The translations under genes and the position numbers were made by a program. Shown here one piece after another: positions 34,810-47,690 of a stretch of DNA of 64,000 bases. Within the stretch, counting starts at the first letter, position 1, and each line of letters starts with the position of its first letter. Where the stretch lies: contig NC_058375.1 of the NCBI RefSeq assembly GCF_018350175.1, positions 20,150,001 through 20,214,000 of the forward strand, given 5' to 3'. The stretch is from Felis catus. Taxonomy: Eukaryota. Under the pieces are notes generated by a model. It ran no database searches and was not told where the DNA came from. It saw only the letters and a program-made list of their open reading frames with translations.

Positions 34810-34975
34810 GGCTCATTGCATGATTTGTTGCAGCCAGGCACCTGTAGAGGAGAGGCCAGAAAGGAGTCAGGATCAAGGGTGCGGTTATGCCCATGAACCC
34901 TCACCTAGTATCCCTCCCTCCCCAAGAGGAAGTTCTGTCTCTGGTCTCACCTACACGTCAAAATCTCCTGGGACG

Positions 34976-35625
34976 TCATGCCCATTGGGATGGCTACTAT
35001 TGAAAAACCAGAGGATGACAGGCATTGAAGATGTGAAGTGGGAATGTTTGTAGTATGGTGCAGCTGCTGTGGAAAACTGTGGCAGCTCCTCCAAAAGTCA
35101 AACGCAGAACTGCCCTATGATCTAGCAATTCCAGTTCTAGGTATACACCCAAAAGGACTGAAAACAGGGACTTAAACAGGTATTTGTATTCCAATGTACA
35201 TACAGCATTATTTGCAATAGGCAAAAAGTGGCAACAATCCAAATGGCCATTGATAGATGGATAAATAAGCAAAACATGATGTATACATGCAATGGAATGT
35301 TATTCAGCCCTAAAAAGGAATGAAATTGATACAGGCTACAACATAGATAAGCTTTGAGACAAGTGAAATAAACCTGACCCAAAGGACAGNNNNNNNNNNN
35401 NNNNNNNNNNNNNNNNNNNNNNNNNNNNNNNNNNNNNNNNNNNNNNNNNNNNNNNNNNNNNNNNNNNNNNNNNNNNNNNNNNNNNNNNNNNNNNNNNNNN
35501 NNNNNNNNNNNNNNNNNNNNNNNNNNNNNNNNNNNNNNNNNNNNNNNNNNNNNNNNNNNNNNNNNNNNNNNNNNNNNNNNNNNNNNNNNNNNNNNNNNNC
35601 AGAATTGTATGATTAAATGGCAAAT
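34976..35625 (+). mobile_element. Old L1 3' fragment (with N gap), followed by a Can-SINE at about 35630-35830
   Basis: L1 ORF2-end/3'UTR text: ggtgcagctgctgtggaaaac...atgatctagcaattccagttctaggtatacacccaaaag. Confidence 0.75.
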
Positions 35626-38338
35626 TTTAGGGGTGCCTGGGTGGCTCAGTCGGTTAAGTGGTTGTCTGACTTCAGCTCATGTCATGATCTCACAGCTTGT
35701 GAGTTCGAGCCCTGTGTTGGGCTCTCTGCTGTCAGTGTGGAGCCAACTTTGGATCCTTCGTTCCCCTCTCCCTCTCCCCCCTCGTCCATGCATGCGCATG
35801 CGTGTGCTCTCTCTCTCAAAAATAAACATTTTTTTTTTAAAGGTAAATTTTATGTTATGTATATTTTACCACATAAAAAGAAAAATCCCCTGAGATATCA
35901 CTTTCTAGGGAATGGTCTCCCCCAGTTTATTCCCACTGTTGGTAAGCCTACCCAGCACAGAGTCTCTGAGGCTACTCAACAAATGCCTTTCCATGTGACC
36001 TGCTACAGAACCTGAGCATTACTACCTTCCCTTTCCCCTCTTCCTTCAATCAGACATGGGGCTGTAACAGTCCCCACATCAATATTTCAATCTGGCTCAG
36101 ATTTGCTCTCCTAGCAATATTTAACACCAAGCCCTCCTTTGCTTCCTTTGATTAGACAAGAAAGCCACAAAACACACCTTCTTTCCCTTTCTGACTTGGT
36201 TGCTAGCAAACTCAGAGCAAAAACTTCACTCATTCCACAAACACTGAGGCTGGCCCTATGTTAAGGCACTGTAAAACCAAGGATGAATAAACTACAGACC
36301 CTGTTCTTGTGATTCACTCATGGTTTTGTAGGGAAAACAGATGCTTAGAAGATCCTAAGATGGCACATGTAGGATATATGAGGCATTATTGGAGCGAATA
36401 ACTATGCCTCAGGGAGTTAGGGAACATTATGTAGTGATATGTTTGGGAAGGTTCTTGATTACATGTAGGGGTTTCCAAGTAATAAACTGGATTTTCTGTG
36501 ACATTGATCCTTTATCTTTTTCTCCCTGATTTAATGGCACCGAGGTCGTAGAACTGGTGGTATGTGAGGAATTTGGGACTGAACATCAGGATATCTGTAT
36601 TCTAGTCCCAGTTCTGGCTCTAACAGACAATGTGCTTTGGACAAATAAATGCCACCTCTCTAATCAGGGCCACGGTCATCTGTCACCCAGGTACTGTTGA
36701 GACTCCCATTCTGGCCACTTCCATTTCTTTCTACTTACTGCAGCCAGGGAGAATTTTAGCAATCTGGAGAAACCTGGCAGACACCACTTTAATCAAATGA
36801 TCAAAATTAACATCACCGATAATGGGATGAACTGACATCATGTGCCTCCTGATACTCTGCACTAAGAAGGATATGACGTTACTTAAGTATTTCTGCCAAA
36901 AAAACATAACCTGAATATAATCAGGAGGAAACATCAGACAAGCCCAACTTAAGGGCATGACAACTAAATGCAATGTGTGATCCTGGATTGATCAAGAGGA
37001 AAAATTGGAAACTGGGTAATGTGGATAAGTGGTAAAATTTACAAGTAGACTGTATATTATTGAATAGTATTATGCCAATGTTAAATTTCCTGGAGTTGAT
37101 TACTATGGTTATATAAGATCATGCTCTTAAGAAACATACACTGAAGCACTAAGGGGTAAAGGAGCATGATGTCGGTAACCTAGTCTCAAAAGGTTCCCAA
37201 GAAAATCCGAAGGTTCATGTGTCTCGAGAGAGAAAGGGAGGGAGGGAATGTCAGCCATGGTGGCTAGGTAAGAGGATACAGGAATTCTTTATTCTTGTAA
37301 TTATTCAATCCACTTCCCCGGCCCCATTCTGGACTCCTTCTCTAAGGAGCCTCCATATCCCCAAGTGGGATGGGAACCTGTCTTCCTACAGCTTTCTGCT
37401 GGGCTCTGTCAGCTGGGTCAGCCTTGAACCCATTGTTTGAGGATAAGCCTGTGGACTGTGTCTGACTCCTTTCTGCCTCAGTGTCAGAACAGGGTCAGAT
37501 ACAGTAAGTGCTTCAGGGGACTGACACATTCTGTGTGGCCTTAGAGTAGAATCAGGACCATGGGGTAGAAAGAAAAAGGACTTCAAGCTCTAGGCTGACC
37601 AGAATAGGGGTAGCAGCAGTCTCAGGGAAGGGGGTACAGACAGAGACTAATAGATGACTTGAAAGTCCCTCACAACCCAGACAGGCAAGTGGTTAAAAAC
37701 CTTTGCCTTGGTTTGAGCAATGTGGGGTTGGGGGTATGGATTCATTCAGTCACTCAATTAACAAATATTTAGTGAAGCCCTACTGAATGCCAGACACTGT
37801 TCTAAATTTTGGTGGATAAAACAGGCAAAAATTCCCTAACCTCAGTCAGGAGTCTGCATTCTAGTGAATGAGTTAGTTATTGATGGCCCACATTGTTCTA
37901 TGTACTGTAAATGTATTAAACCAATTTTCACAACCCTATTTGTTGGTGGTATTATTATTATTATTAGACACTATATACCTAGAGGTCCAGATAGGTTAAA
38001 TAAGTTATCCAAACCACACATCTACTTTTACCCAAGCAGCCTGGCCCAGAGTCTTACTCAATACCTCATCCTATCTGTTACTTGGGAGGGAAAGGGGCAA
38101 AGTGGCCAGCTGCCAGCTCCATGGACAAGCCTATACCCACGGAGGGACCACATAGGGAGCCCTCAGCCTTCCAGGCTCAGGCCTTGGATGAGGAGGATGG
38201 GTGCGTCTACACTGTTTCAACCACACTGAGCTCTGGGGTATGTAAAACCTTCAAGGGGTTACTGATGAGGGTCTGGATCACTCCTTCTCTACCTCCAAGG
38301 CTTTAGGATTTGCTACTATTCATTAAATTCACCCACCA

Positions 38339-38551
38339 GGGGCACCTGGGTGGCTCAGTCAGTTAAGCTTCCGACTTTGGCCCAGGTCATGATCTCATGG
38401 TTCGATTTCAAGCCCAGCATTGGGCTCTCTGCTGTCAGCACGGAGCCTGCTTCAGATCCTCTGTCCGCCCCTCTCTCTGCCCCTTCCCTGCTCACACTCT
38501 CATACTCTTTCAAAAATAAACATTAAAAAATAAAAATTAAAAAAAAATAAA
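38339..38551 (+). mobile_element. Can-SINE in KDF1 intron 1
   Basis: SINEC body; flanking taaattca(t)cccacca duplicated. Confidence 0.85.
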
Positions 38552-39199
38552 TTCATCCCACCAAATATTTATTGAGCACCTACCATGTGCCCGGCACTGT
38601 GGTAAATGCTGGAGAAACAGCAGTGAATGGGCCAGAAATAGTCTCCAGCCCAAGAGGGCTTTCACTTTACCTAACACTCAACAATTGTTCCTTAAATCTT
38701 ATATTTACAGATCAGGAAGCTCAAGCTCAGAAGTGACTTGCCCAGAGACACCCAGCTGGAAAGGGATGATACAGGATTTGTATTGTGCTCTACCAGACTC
38801 TGGAGCCCATGTACTTTGTTTTGTGCCACATACCTGGAATGTGGGTGAGATGGAGGTCGGGGGGGGGGGGCGGCGGTGGTTGGGGGTACTAAGGGCAGTG
38901 GCTTGTTTCAGTTTTCCCCACCCCTCTAGGTCCAGAACCCTTCTGAAGTCCAACTTAGCCCATTTCCTCCAGGCTCTATCTTCCGCTGGCTGCTGCTGCC
39001 CTCACATCCGAAACCCTAAGAACACTGGTCATTTGGTTTAGTGAGGGGAGGGCCCCTGCTCCTGTTGTGGCCTGGGACAAGCCTCTTGGCCTCAGTTTTC
39101 TCATCTTTAATCAGGGAGAGATGAGTATCTTCCTGGGCCACTGTGAGGTTTAAATGAGTTATTTCGTGCGGGTTTCTTAGTGTGGTGCCTGGCACGTAG

Positions 39200-40400
39200 G
39201 AGGGGCTCGGTCGCCGGGCGCCCCAAGTCACTGCAGGGGCCCGCCCTCCCCAAACTTCTCATTGATGCTCTCTCCTCCCCTAGTCCCTGAGATCACACAT
39301 ACACACACAGGGGTCGGTCTCTGTACCACCCCCCTCCGCCCAAGGTCCCCAGGACAGGCCCCACCCCCCTACCCAGCCTAGTCTTGCACACCCAGCGGAG
39401 ACGGGCACCCCAACCCTGCTCGGGAAACAGCCTTCGGCTCTCGCCCCCGGCGTCCCCGCACCTTCTATTTCCTGCCCCAAAGGCTCAGCCCACGAATCCG
39501 GCATCCGGGGGCACCCAGTCCCGGGACAAGGGAGAACCAGACCCGGGCACTGCCCCTCCGATTAGCACAGCCTCTGCACCAGCCGGGGCCCTCGGGGCGA
39601 GCTCCACGCTCTCCAGCTGCAGGGGCCCTCCGCCCGCGGGCAGACGCAGCCCCTCTCCCGCCCTGACACCGTTCCTCCGGGTGTGCACGCCCCCCTCCCC
39701 CCTCCCGACACTGCCACCCCTCCCGGGGCGAGCAGAGACCCCCCGACCCCAGCCAGCTCAGCCCTGAGGGCGACCGCGGCCCCCCCACCCCCATTCTGGC
39801 CGCCCAGCCCAGACGCCCGCTCAGGCCGCTCCCCGGCCCGCGCACCCCGGAAGTGGGAGGGTGGTGCCCGAGGAAGCGGCCCCGGGACCCTCCCCCGCCC
39901 AGGTGTAGCCTCGGGCGGGGGGGGGGGGTCTCTCCACACCGGCGCCACCCCGGCCCGCGCCCCCACGGGCCCGCGCGGGGCTTACCTGTCCCGCCAGGTG
40001 AGCCGCCTCCGGCCGGCCCCTCCCCCCGCCCCCCTCGCCGCTCACCTGGGGCGCAGGTGAGCGTCTCGCGGGAGCGCTGCACGGGCCGCCGCTGGGGACA
40101 CACTTCCTGCCTCCGCGAAGCGCCGCCGCCGCGCACCTGGGCCGAGGCCCCGCCCTGGGTGCGGGGCGGGCACCGGCGGCCCGGCTTGGGCGCGAGGCCT
40201 ACGGACTCCGAGCCGGTGCTCGGCCTGGTCTGGTTAAAGGAGGCGGGTAGGGTGGACCGACGCCGAGGCTCAGTCTCCTCTCCTGTTAAACGGGCAGGTG
40301 TCCCAGGAGGCTCTGAGCACCTGGGGAGCGCTGGCCGGTCCTTAAAGGCCCAGCTCGAAGGTCATATCCCCTGGGATGCCTTGCGCGGGGGGGTGGGGGG
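39200..40400 (-). promoter_or_regulatory. KDF1: KDF1 CpG-island promoter and non-coding exon 1 (candidate donors at 39986 and 40046)
   Basis: Very GC/CpG-rich; minus-strand donors CAG|GTAAGC and CAG|GTGAGC; GC boxes; dense CAGGTG E-boxes. The TSS cannot be fixed from sequence alone. Confidence 0.75.
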
Positions 40401-41895
40401 GGCCTTGGCCTGTCTGGTTTTCTGTTACATAGAACAGGTCTCAGTACTTCGTTAGCAGAGTACTCAGCACAGTTTTGTCCTCTGTCTCCTCCTTTTCTGA
40501 CTTGAGGACAGAGGCTGGTCTTGTTTCCCAATGTCCCTGGTGCCCAGAGCAGGACCTGGCACATACTAGGTGCGCAGCAGATATTCTCAAGCCAGTGAAC
40601 CGCTGGGCTCCGGTGTCTTCCTTTGCCCTGAGGTAGAATAGGGGGTGTGCGTCATCTGCTCCCTGGTCAGTTCACCTCTATTTGGGGGAATCTGTAGGGG
40701 AGGATGACTACTTCTACCCTGGGGCCTCCGAGCAGTGTGGAGGAGGGGGCTGGGCTGTGCAGTCCTGAAGGACACACGGCAGTGCGGCAGAGGTCACCAA
40801 AATGGGCCATGATTACCACATCTCATGGAGTCCCTGCAAGAGGCAACATCATTGGGTGCCGAGAAGTCAGGGCTCAGACTATCCTGGGTTCCTGCTCCCC
40901 TTAATAACAACCTAATAATAACAATAGCACGAATAAACAAGTGACTTTCACGAAGCATCTCCGGGACTCAGGCTTGCATAGTAGTATTTAATCCTCCCCC
41001 TGGTCTGTGAGGCGGGTCAGGTGTTCTCATTCTCATTCTACGGATGAGGAAACTGAGGCTGAGGAAGGGAGAATGATTTGTTCAAGCAGTTGGGAAAACC
41101 ATGTGACTTTGGGCAAGGCACTTCCCTCCTCTGAGCCTCATCTGTGGAGTTAATAGTATCTGTCTCTCACTGGGAGAATTAAAAAAGATAATGGATGCAA
41201 AGTGAGGTAAAGGATATGGGGAGAGATCTTTAGGGTAAGGATTGGTAAATGGGAGGAATTCAGCACGGCCTAGGCCTCTTCCGCTCCAGAGGTACCAGAT
41301 ACACAACCTCCCAACCCCGGATGGAGATACTGCCAACTAGGAGAGAGCCCTTTGTCTGCCCTGCTTGGGTCCCAAGCCCTCCCCTTGTCCAGCCAGGATG
41401 GAATACTCCTTGGAAGATGATTCCCACAGCAACTGGGGGGTTCCCTTCCCTATCACCTCTCAGGGCACCCTCACACACGTGCACACAGTAGGTGCTCAAT
41501 TCCGGAAGAATTCAATTCCAGAAACCTTCCAGAACAACTCTTCCCCACCACATCTTGTCCACATTCTCACCTGGGGGCAGGTGGCACGTTGTAGCCTCAT
41601 TTGGAGCCCAGAAAGTGAGTCACGTTGTGTACAGCTGAACATCTGTGTCTCCCAAGACCCAGCAAGTCCATTCCTGGGATGCAGCCGCAAGAATTGCACA
41701 CATATGCCAGGAGGCATGTATACGAATGGTAGTAGAAATGCTGTTCACGGTATTGCCAAACCGAAAATGCTCAAATGCCATTGACGGGAGAGAAAGAAAT
41801 GTGGAATAATCACACAACAGTAGCAAATATATGAAAGACAACAAGGTGGCCGGATCACGCTGAGATGATATTGAGTGCAAAAATGCAGGTTCCTT

Positions 41896-42910
41896 GGGGT
41901 CTGGCTCAGTCGGAAGAGCATGTGACTCTTGATCTTGGAGTTGTGAGTTCCAGCCTCACATTGGTTGTAGAAATTACTGAAAAACAAAATAGGGGTGCCT
42001 GGGTGACTAAGTCAGTTAAGCATCTGACTTTGGCTCAGGTCATGATCTCGGAGCCCCACATGGGGCTCTGTGCTGACTGTGCAGAGCCTGCTTGTAATTC
42101 TCTCTCTCTCTCTCTCCCTCTCTCTGTCCCTACCCTGCTTGTGCTTTTTTCTTTCAAAATAAATAAGTAAACTTAAAAAAAATAGAATAAACTTTAAAAA
42201 ATGCGAGTCCCAGAAGAGTAGAGATGGAAAGGTATCTTTTTTACAAAATTCAAATACAACCAGAACTACTATGGTTAGGTATAATATTGGCTTGAACCCC
42301 TATGAAATTGCAGGGTTGTGACCTGTTTTGACCTATAAAAATGGCAAATTCGTAAGGCCCGGCCTAATTTATGTGTGAAGAAACTATTTAAAAACAAAAC
42401 AAAACAAAGAGCAAGAGAGTGAAGAACATAAAATTCAGAATAGTGATTACCTGAGGGAGGGATGGGGTGAACCCATAAGTAGGTTTAATTTTTAGTGACG
42501 CTCTAGTTCTCGGGTTGGATGATAGGTTTAAGTACTTTCGCTTTATCATGAATGAATGAAAAAATAGAAATTTATGCTCTAAATAATCGAGGGTGTTGTC
42601 CCTTGCAAGGTTCTCAAGGTAACAAAAATGTGAGACTAGAATCTTAGTTTTTCCTCCATTCACTTTTTCATTCTTGTTTTCAAAGGTTATGATATAATTT
42701 GGGGCACCTGGGTGGCTCAGTTGGTTAAGTGACCGAGTTCAGCTCAGGTCATGATCTCACGGTTTGTGAGTTTGAGCCCCTTGTCAGGCTCTGTGCTGAC
42801 AGCTCAGAGCCTGGAGCCTGCTTCAGATTCTGTGTCTCCCTCTCTCTGCTCCTCCCCTGCTCACACTCTGTCTCTCTCTCTCTCTCAAAAATAAATAAAC
42901 ATTAAAAAAA
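41896..42910 (+). mobile_element. Can-SINE cluster (41896-41990, 41992-42200, 42701-42910) with a MADE-like mariner MITE at about 42286-42369
   Basis: SINEC heads and tails. The roughly 80-bp element has degenerate terminal inverted repeats (attggcttgaacccctatgaaattgc...gcaaattcgtaaggcccggcctaat). Confidence 0.7.
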
Positions 42911-42996
42911 TTTTTTTAAAGGTTATGGTATAATTTACATACAGTAAAATTTGCCTTTTTAGGGTACAGTTTGGTGAGTCTTTCAAAAGACATACG

Positions 42997-43626
42997 GTGG
43001 GAATGCAAGCTGGTGCAGCCACTCTGGAAAACAGTATGGAGGTTCCTCAAAAAACTAAAAATAGAACTACCCTACGACCCAGCAATTGCACTACTAGGCA
43101 TTTATCCAAGGGACACGGGTGTGCTGTTTCAAGGGGACACGTGCACCCCCATGTTTATAGCAGCACTATCAACAATAGCCAAAGTATGGAAAGAGCCCAA
43201 ATGTCCATCGATGGATGAATGGATAAAGAAGATGTGGTAAATATATACAATGGAGTATTACTCGGCAATCAGAATGAAATCTTGCCATTTGCAACTACGT
43301 GGATGGAACTGGAGGGTATTATGCTAAGTGAAATTAGTCAGAGAAAGACAAAAATCATATGAGTTCACTCACATGAGGACTTTAAGAGACAAAACAGATG
43401 GACATAAGGGAAGGGAAACAAAAATAATATAAAAACAGGGAGGGGGACAAAACATAAGAGACTCTTAAAGATGGAGAACAAACAGAGGGTTACTGGAGGG
43501 AGTGGGAGGGGGGATGGGCTAAATGGGGAAGGGGCACTAAGGAGTCTACTCCTGAAATCATTGTTGCACTATATGCTAACTAATTTGGATGTAAATTTTA
43601 AAAGATAAAAAAATAAAAATAAGTAA
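42997..43626 (+). mobile_element. 5'-truncated carnivore/felid L1 (ORF2 C-terminus plus 3'UTR)
   Basis: Translates [37 protein letters not shown]...CTPMFIAALSTIAKVWKEPKCPSMDEWIKKMW, the canonical L1 ORF2 C-terminus. A-rich tail; degenerate TSD aaaagacat/cac. Confidence 0.92.
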
Positions 43627-44234
43627 AAAGACACACAGTTGCGTAACTACCACCACAATCAAGATACAGATCAGTTCCATCACCCCCCCCCCCCCCCCCC
43701 AGTTTCCCTAAACCTCTCAGTAGTGAGTGTCTTGGTTTAATCCCAGGCCTGGGCACCCGTTGATCTTTTTTCTGTCTCCATAGTTTTGGTTTTTCCCAGA
43801 ACATGTTTAGTTGTAAAAGTGCAGAACCGCACTACAAGATTCTAAATCTGTGCTACCTAAAATGCTATAGGTTAATATGTAAGAACATGATGACCGAAGC
43901 ATCTCAGAACTACTTTCTTTACTTTGAAAAAGAAAAGGAAGGAAGGAAGATATGATCTTTCCCCCAGAGCCCTCACCAGCTATGTGGCCTTGGAGAAGCC
44001 ACTGGCTTCCTTCTCCTCTGTGAAATGGCAGTGACAATATTTCCCCCTCTAGAGTTTTGTGGAGTGTTTTGCAAAAGGCACAAGTTAGCTGTTATTCTAA
44101 TCATAGTCACACAGAAACCTCTCTTCTCTGAACCTCTTTCTGCCACACTTTAACACACTGGGCCCTGTTCCCAAGGGCCCTTCCTCCTGCTACAGTACAT
44201 ATTGGAAAACTCCATCGAAAACTGATGACACTTT

Positions 44235-44350
44235 GGTTGCCTGGGTGTCTCAGTTGGTTAGGCGTCCGACTCTTGATTTGAGCTCAGGTCATGATCTCAC
44301 AGTTCGTGGGATCCAGCTCTGCATTGGGCTCTATGCTGACAGCGCTTGGG

Positions 44351-44388
<38 letters not shown>

Positions 44389-44449
44389 CCTTCCCCACTT
44401 GTTCTCTGTCTCTCTCTCTCAAAATAAATAAATAAACATAAAAAAAAAA
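44235..44449 (+). mobile_element. Can-SINE
   Basis: SINEC body with (CT)n; flanking ctgatgacac duplicated. Confidence 0.85.
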
Positions 44450-47400
44450 CCCTGATGACACATGAGGTATATACCCGCAAGGATTGAAAATAGAGACTCA
44501 AAATACTNNNNNNNNNNNNNNNNNNNNNNNNNNNNNNNNNNNNNNNNNNNNNNNNNNNNNNNNNNNNNNNNNNNNNNNNNNNNNNNNNNNNNNNNNNNNN
44601 NNNNNNNNNNNNNNNNNNNNNNNNNNNNNNNNNNNNNNNNNNNNNNTTCTGGGGGCACCTGGATGGCTCAGTAAGTACAGCATGTGACTTGATCTAGGAG
44701 CTGTAAGTTTGAGCCCCACATTGGGTGTACAGATTACTTANNNNNNNNNNNNNNNNNNNNNNNNNNNNNNNNNNNNNNNNNNNNNNNNNNNNNNNNNNNN
44801 NNNNNNNNNNNNNNNNNNNNNNNNNNNNNNNNNNNNNNNNNNNNNNNNNNNNNNNNNNNNNNNNNNNNNNNNNNNAGATTAATGTATAAAAACAGAGATT
44901 AGAGGTTACCAGGGGCTNNNNNNNNNNNNNNNNNNNNNNNNNNNNNNNNNNNNNNNNNNNNNNNNNNNNNNNNNNNNNNNNNNNNNNNNNNNNNNNNNNN
45001 NNNNNNNNNNNNNNNNNNNNNNNNNNNNNNNNNNNNNNNNNNNNNNNNNNNNNNNNNNNNNNNNNNNNNNNNNNNNNNNNNNNNNNNNNNNNNTTTCTTT
45101 TACCATAATTTAAAAAAAGCAAAAATTGATGACCCTCTTTGAAAACAAAAAAATATACCTTATGGGTCCAGCATTCAGTATAGCAAAGGAGAGAGGTCTA
45201 CTGGAATGAATTTTCCGATTAACAACCAACCTCTCCTAACTGCTTGCCTTTACAGTTTACAAAGCAAACACTTTTAAATTTGATCCTTACAACAGCCCTA
45301 GGTAGGCATTGTCATATTCATTTTACAGATGGGGAAACTGAGGCTCATCAAAGTCCCAAGGCCATACTATGAGCAGTACTGAGTCCTTCTGGCTCCCAGT
45401 ATCGTGCTCCGTACTGTGATCTCCTCCCAGCCCTTAAAGCTGTGTTTGGGCTTCTTTCTAAGCAGAAAGGCCTGCCTTTCTAACCAGAACTCAGTTTTGC
45501 TCTTGGCCATGACCAGGGGCCATTGTCCTGACCTTCCACTCCCACCACTGTTGCTTTACTCTACTTGATGTCTACTTTTCTGATGTCCTTCCTCAGCCAC
45601 CATTCAGGTTCCTGGGTTGGTGACAGACTAGGAAGAAGAGGGAGGTGTCAAGACGGTTGGGGTTCTGGCTTGTGCTGCTGGCTGGCTGGTGATGACTGAG
45701 GAGGGCAAGTTTGGGGTGTAACAGTATAAGCTTGGAGTCAGACTTGTTGAATTTGAGGATTTGCGAGATGGCTAAGGAATAGCACAGTTTTACATGATGT
45801 AGATGACATTCAGAGTGGTATTTAGAAGCTGTAAGATGTGCAGCTTTGGGTATGGGAGGAGCAGTGGGGTCAGGGGCCTGTGGATCAGGCTCCAGGCAAG
45901 TCTGCAGCTTGCCTCTGGTGTGTTTCTCCCATAGGAGCCACTGGGGGGCAGCATGCAACAGAGGAAATTGCCAGAACTTCGGAGACCGGATCTGAGTCGG
46001 AGTCCTAGATGTACACCTGTTCAGCTGCAGTGTGAATTTAAGCTCCATGAACGTCAGCATTTCTCATCTGAAAATGGGTTTCATGTGAGGTAGGATAGTA
46101 TGGTAATTCAGAACGTGAATTCTGGCGCCAGAGGGCCTGAATTTGTGCCCCAATTCTGCCGCTTACTAGCTGTGTGACTTTGGCCAAGTTATTGAACTTC
46201 TATGTGTCTCAGACAACTTATCTATAAGGTGAAAGTAGCAATAACTTCATGCGGTGATTACAACAGGGCACTTACAACACAGTTACGTGCTAAATAGATG
46301 ATAGCTATATTACTTTAACCCCTTCTTCCCTCTCTGCCTCTTCAGCCATTCTGAGGCCAGGACTCTCTGAGGCAAGGCCACTGCCTCTGAGAATAAGTAG
46401 GAAAACAAATTACTTCTGCTAACCATGACCACCTGTTGTGTGTTAGGTATATTCGGTGCCTTATTCCATATGATACTCACAATATCTCAGTGAATAGATC
46501 CCCAATCCCCATTTTTGTAGCTAAGAGAACAGAGCCTCAGAGATTGAAGATGCTTGCTCAAGGTCACACAACTAGTAAGTGATAGAGCCCGGAGTTCATT
46601 CTGTACAGAGCCTGAGCTGTTCCAGTGGCTCCTCTGGGTACCCCAGAACCTGGGTCCTGGAGGTCGTTCCAGACTCCGGCAGAATGGGGGAATCTCCCCT
46701 CAAGAATTCCCTTCTGTAATCAGCTCCAGTTCTGCTTACCATGTCCCTCCTTCCCAGGGCGAATTCTGAATGGAATAAATGGAATGGAACCAACGAGAAG
46801 GGCACCCGTCAGTGTGGAAGGGAACAGAAAGGTGGAGGATGAGCAGGATTGGAATATGGGAGTTGAGGCTGTCTCGGCCCCTCTGATTGGTCAGATCTGT
46901 CTGGACAGGTCAGACAAGGGGCCAGTGAGTTGTCTCTCCCCTTCCCCTCCTTGGCCAAAGGATAGTGTGTCACGGAGGCTGGAGAGAACCCAGGAAGTCT
47001 GGAAGTTGCGCCGGGGAGTGAGGGGCAGTGAGCTGGGGTCTGGGCTGGGAGGACGATGTACGTAGAGGTGCAGCTGGAGCCCTGGGTTTCTAAGGAGCTG
47101 GGCTGTAGGGGCTTCTGGAACTCTAGGTTGGACTGCTGGGTGAGAAATCCCAGATCCATTCGACACTGGAGGATTCCTGGGGCTCCCTGGCTTCAGCTGG
47201 CACGGCAGTTGCTGGGCCTGGAGGGAGCTGCCGGCTCAGGAGCCATCCTGTACCAGATTGAGGCAAAGGCTGTTTATTTGGTCCCGGGAGAAGTATTTTC
47301 TGCAAAGTCCTTGTGCTGAAGGAAACTGTATCCAATTCCCTCAATTTGCTGATGAGGACATGAGACCCATGAGGGGAGTGGCCTTAGCTGAGGTCACACA

Positions 47401-47634
47401 GTGAATAAACAACAGGCCCTGGAGGAGATGGACATCTGCTCCTACACCGTGCTCTGTGTGGTGGCAAGATAGGCCTGGTTCCCGTCCTGCCTTTATCACC
47501 TAGTGGCTCTGTGAGCCGGGGCAAGTGACTCAGCCTCTCTGGGCTTTAGTTTCCACATCAGTAAAATCCATTTATTTTCATTCGGCCTTTTTCTTATCTA
47601 TCCTCCACATCACCCAGTGGTACTGCTCCCTCGG

Positions 47635-47640
<6 letters not shown>

Positions 47641-47673
<33 letters not shown>

Positions 47674-47690
47674 CACACACGCACACACAC
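47641..47690. repeat. (CA)n microsatellite
   Basis: Directly visible. Confidence 0.9.

Noticed and set aside
34122-35053. 260-aa (-) and 212-aa (+) ORFs overlapping KDF1
   Set aside because: Shadow frames of a GC-rich coding exon that extend into intron sequence; no recognisable protein.
39384-40455. Multiple 125-223-aa Gly/Pro/Arg-rich ORFs
   Set aside because: Artefacts of the KDF1 CpG island.
42971-43240. 89-aa protein-like ORF
   Set aside because: It is the L1 ORF2 C-terminus of a truncated retrotransposon, not a host gene.
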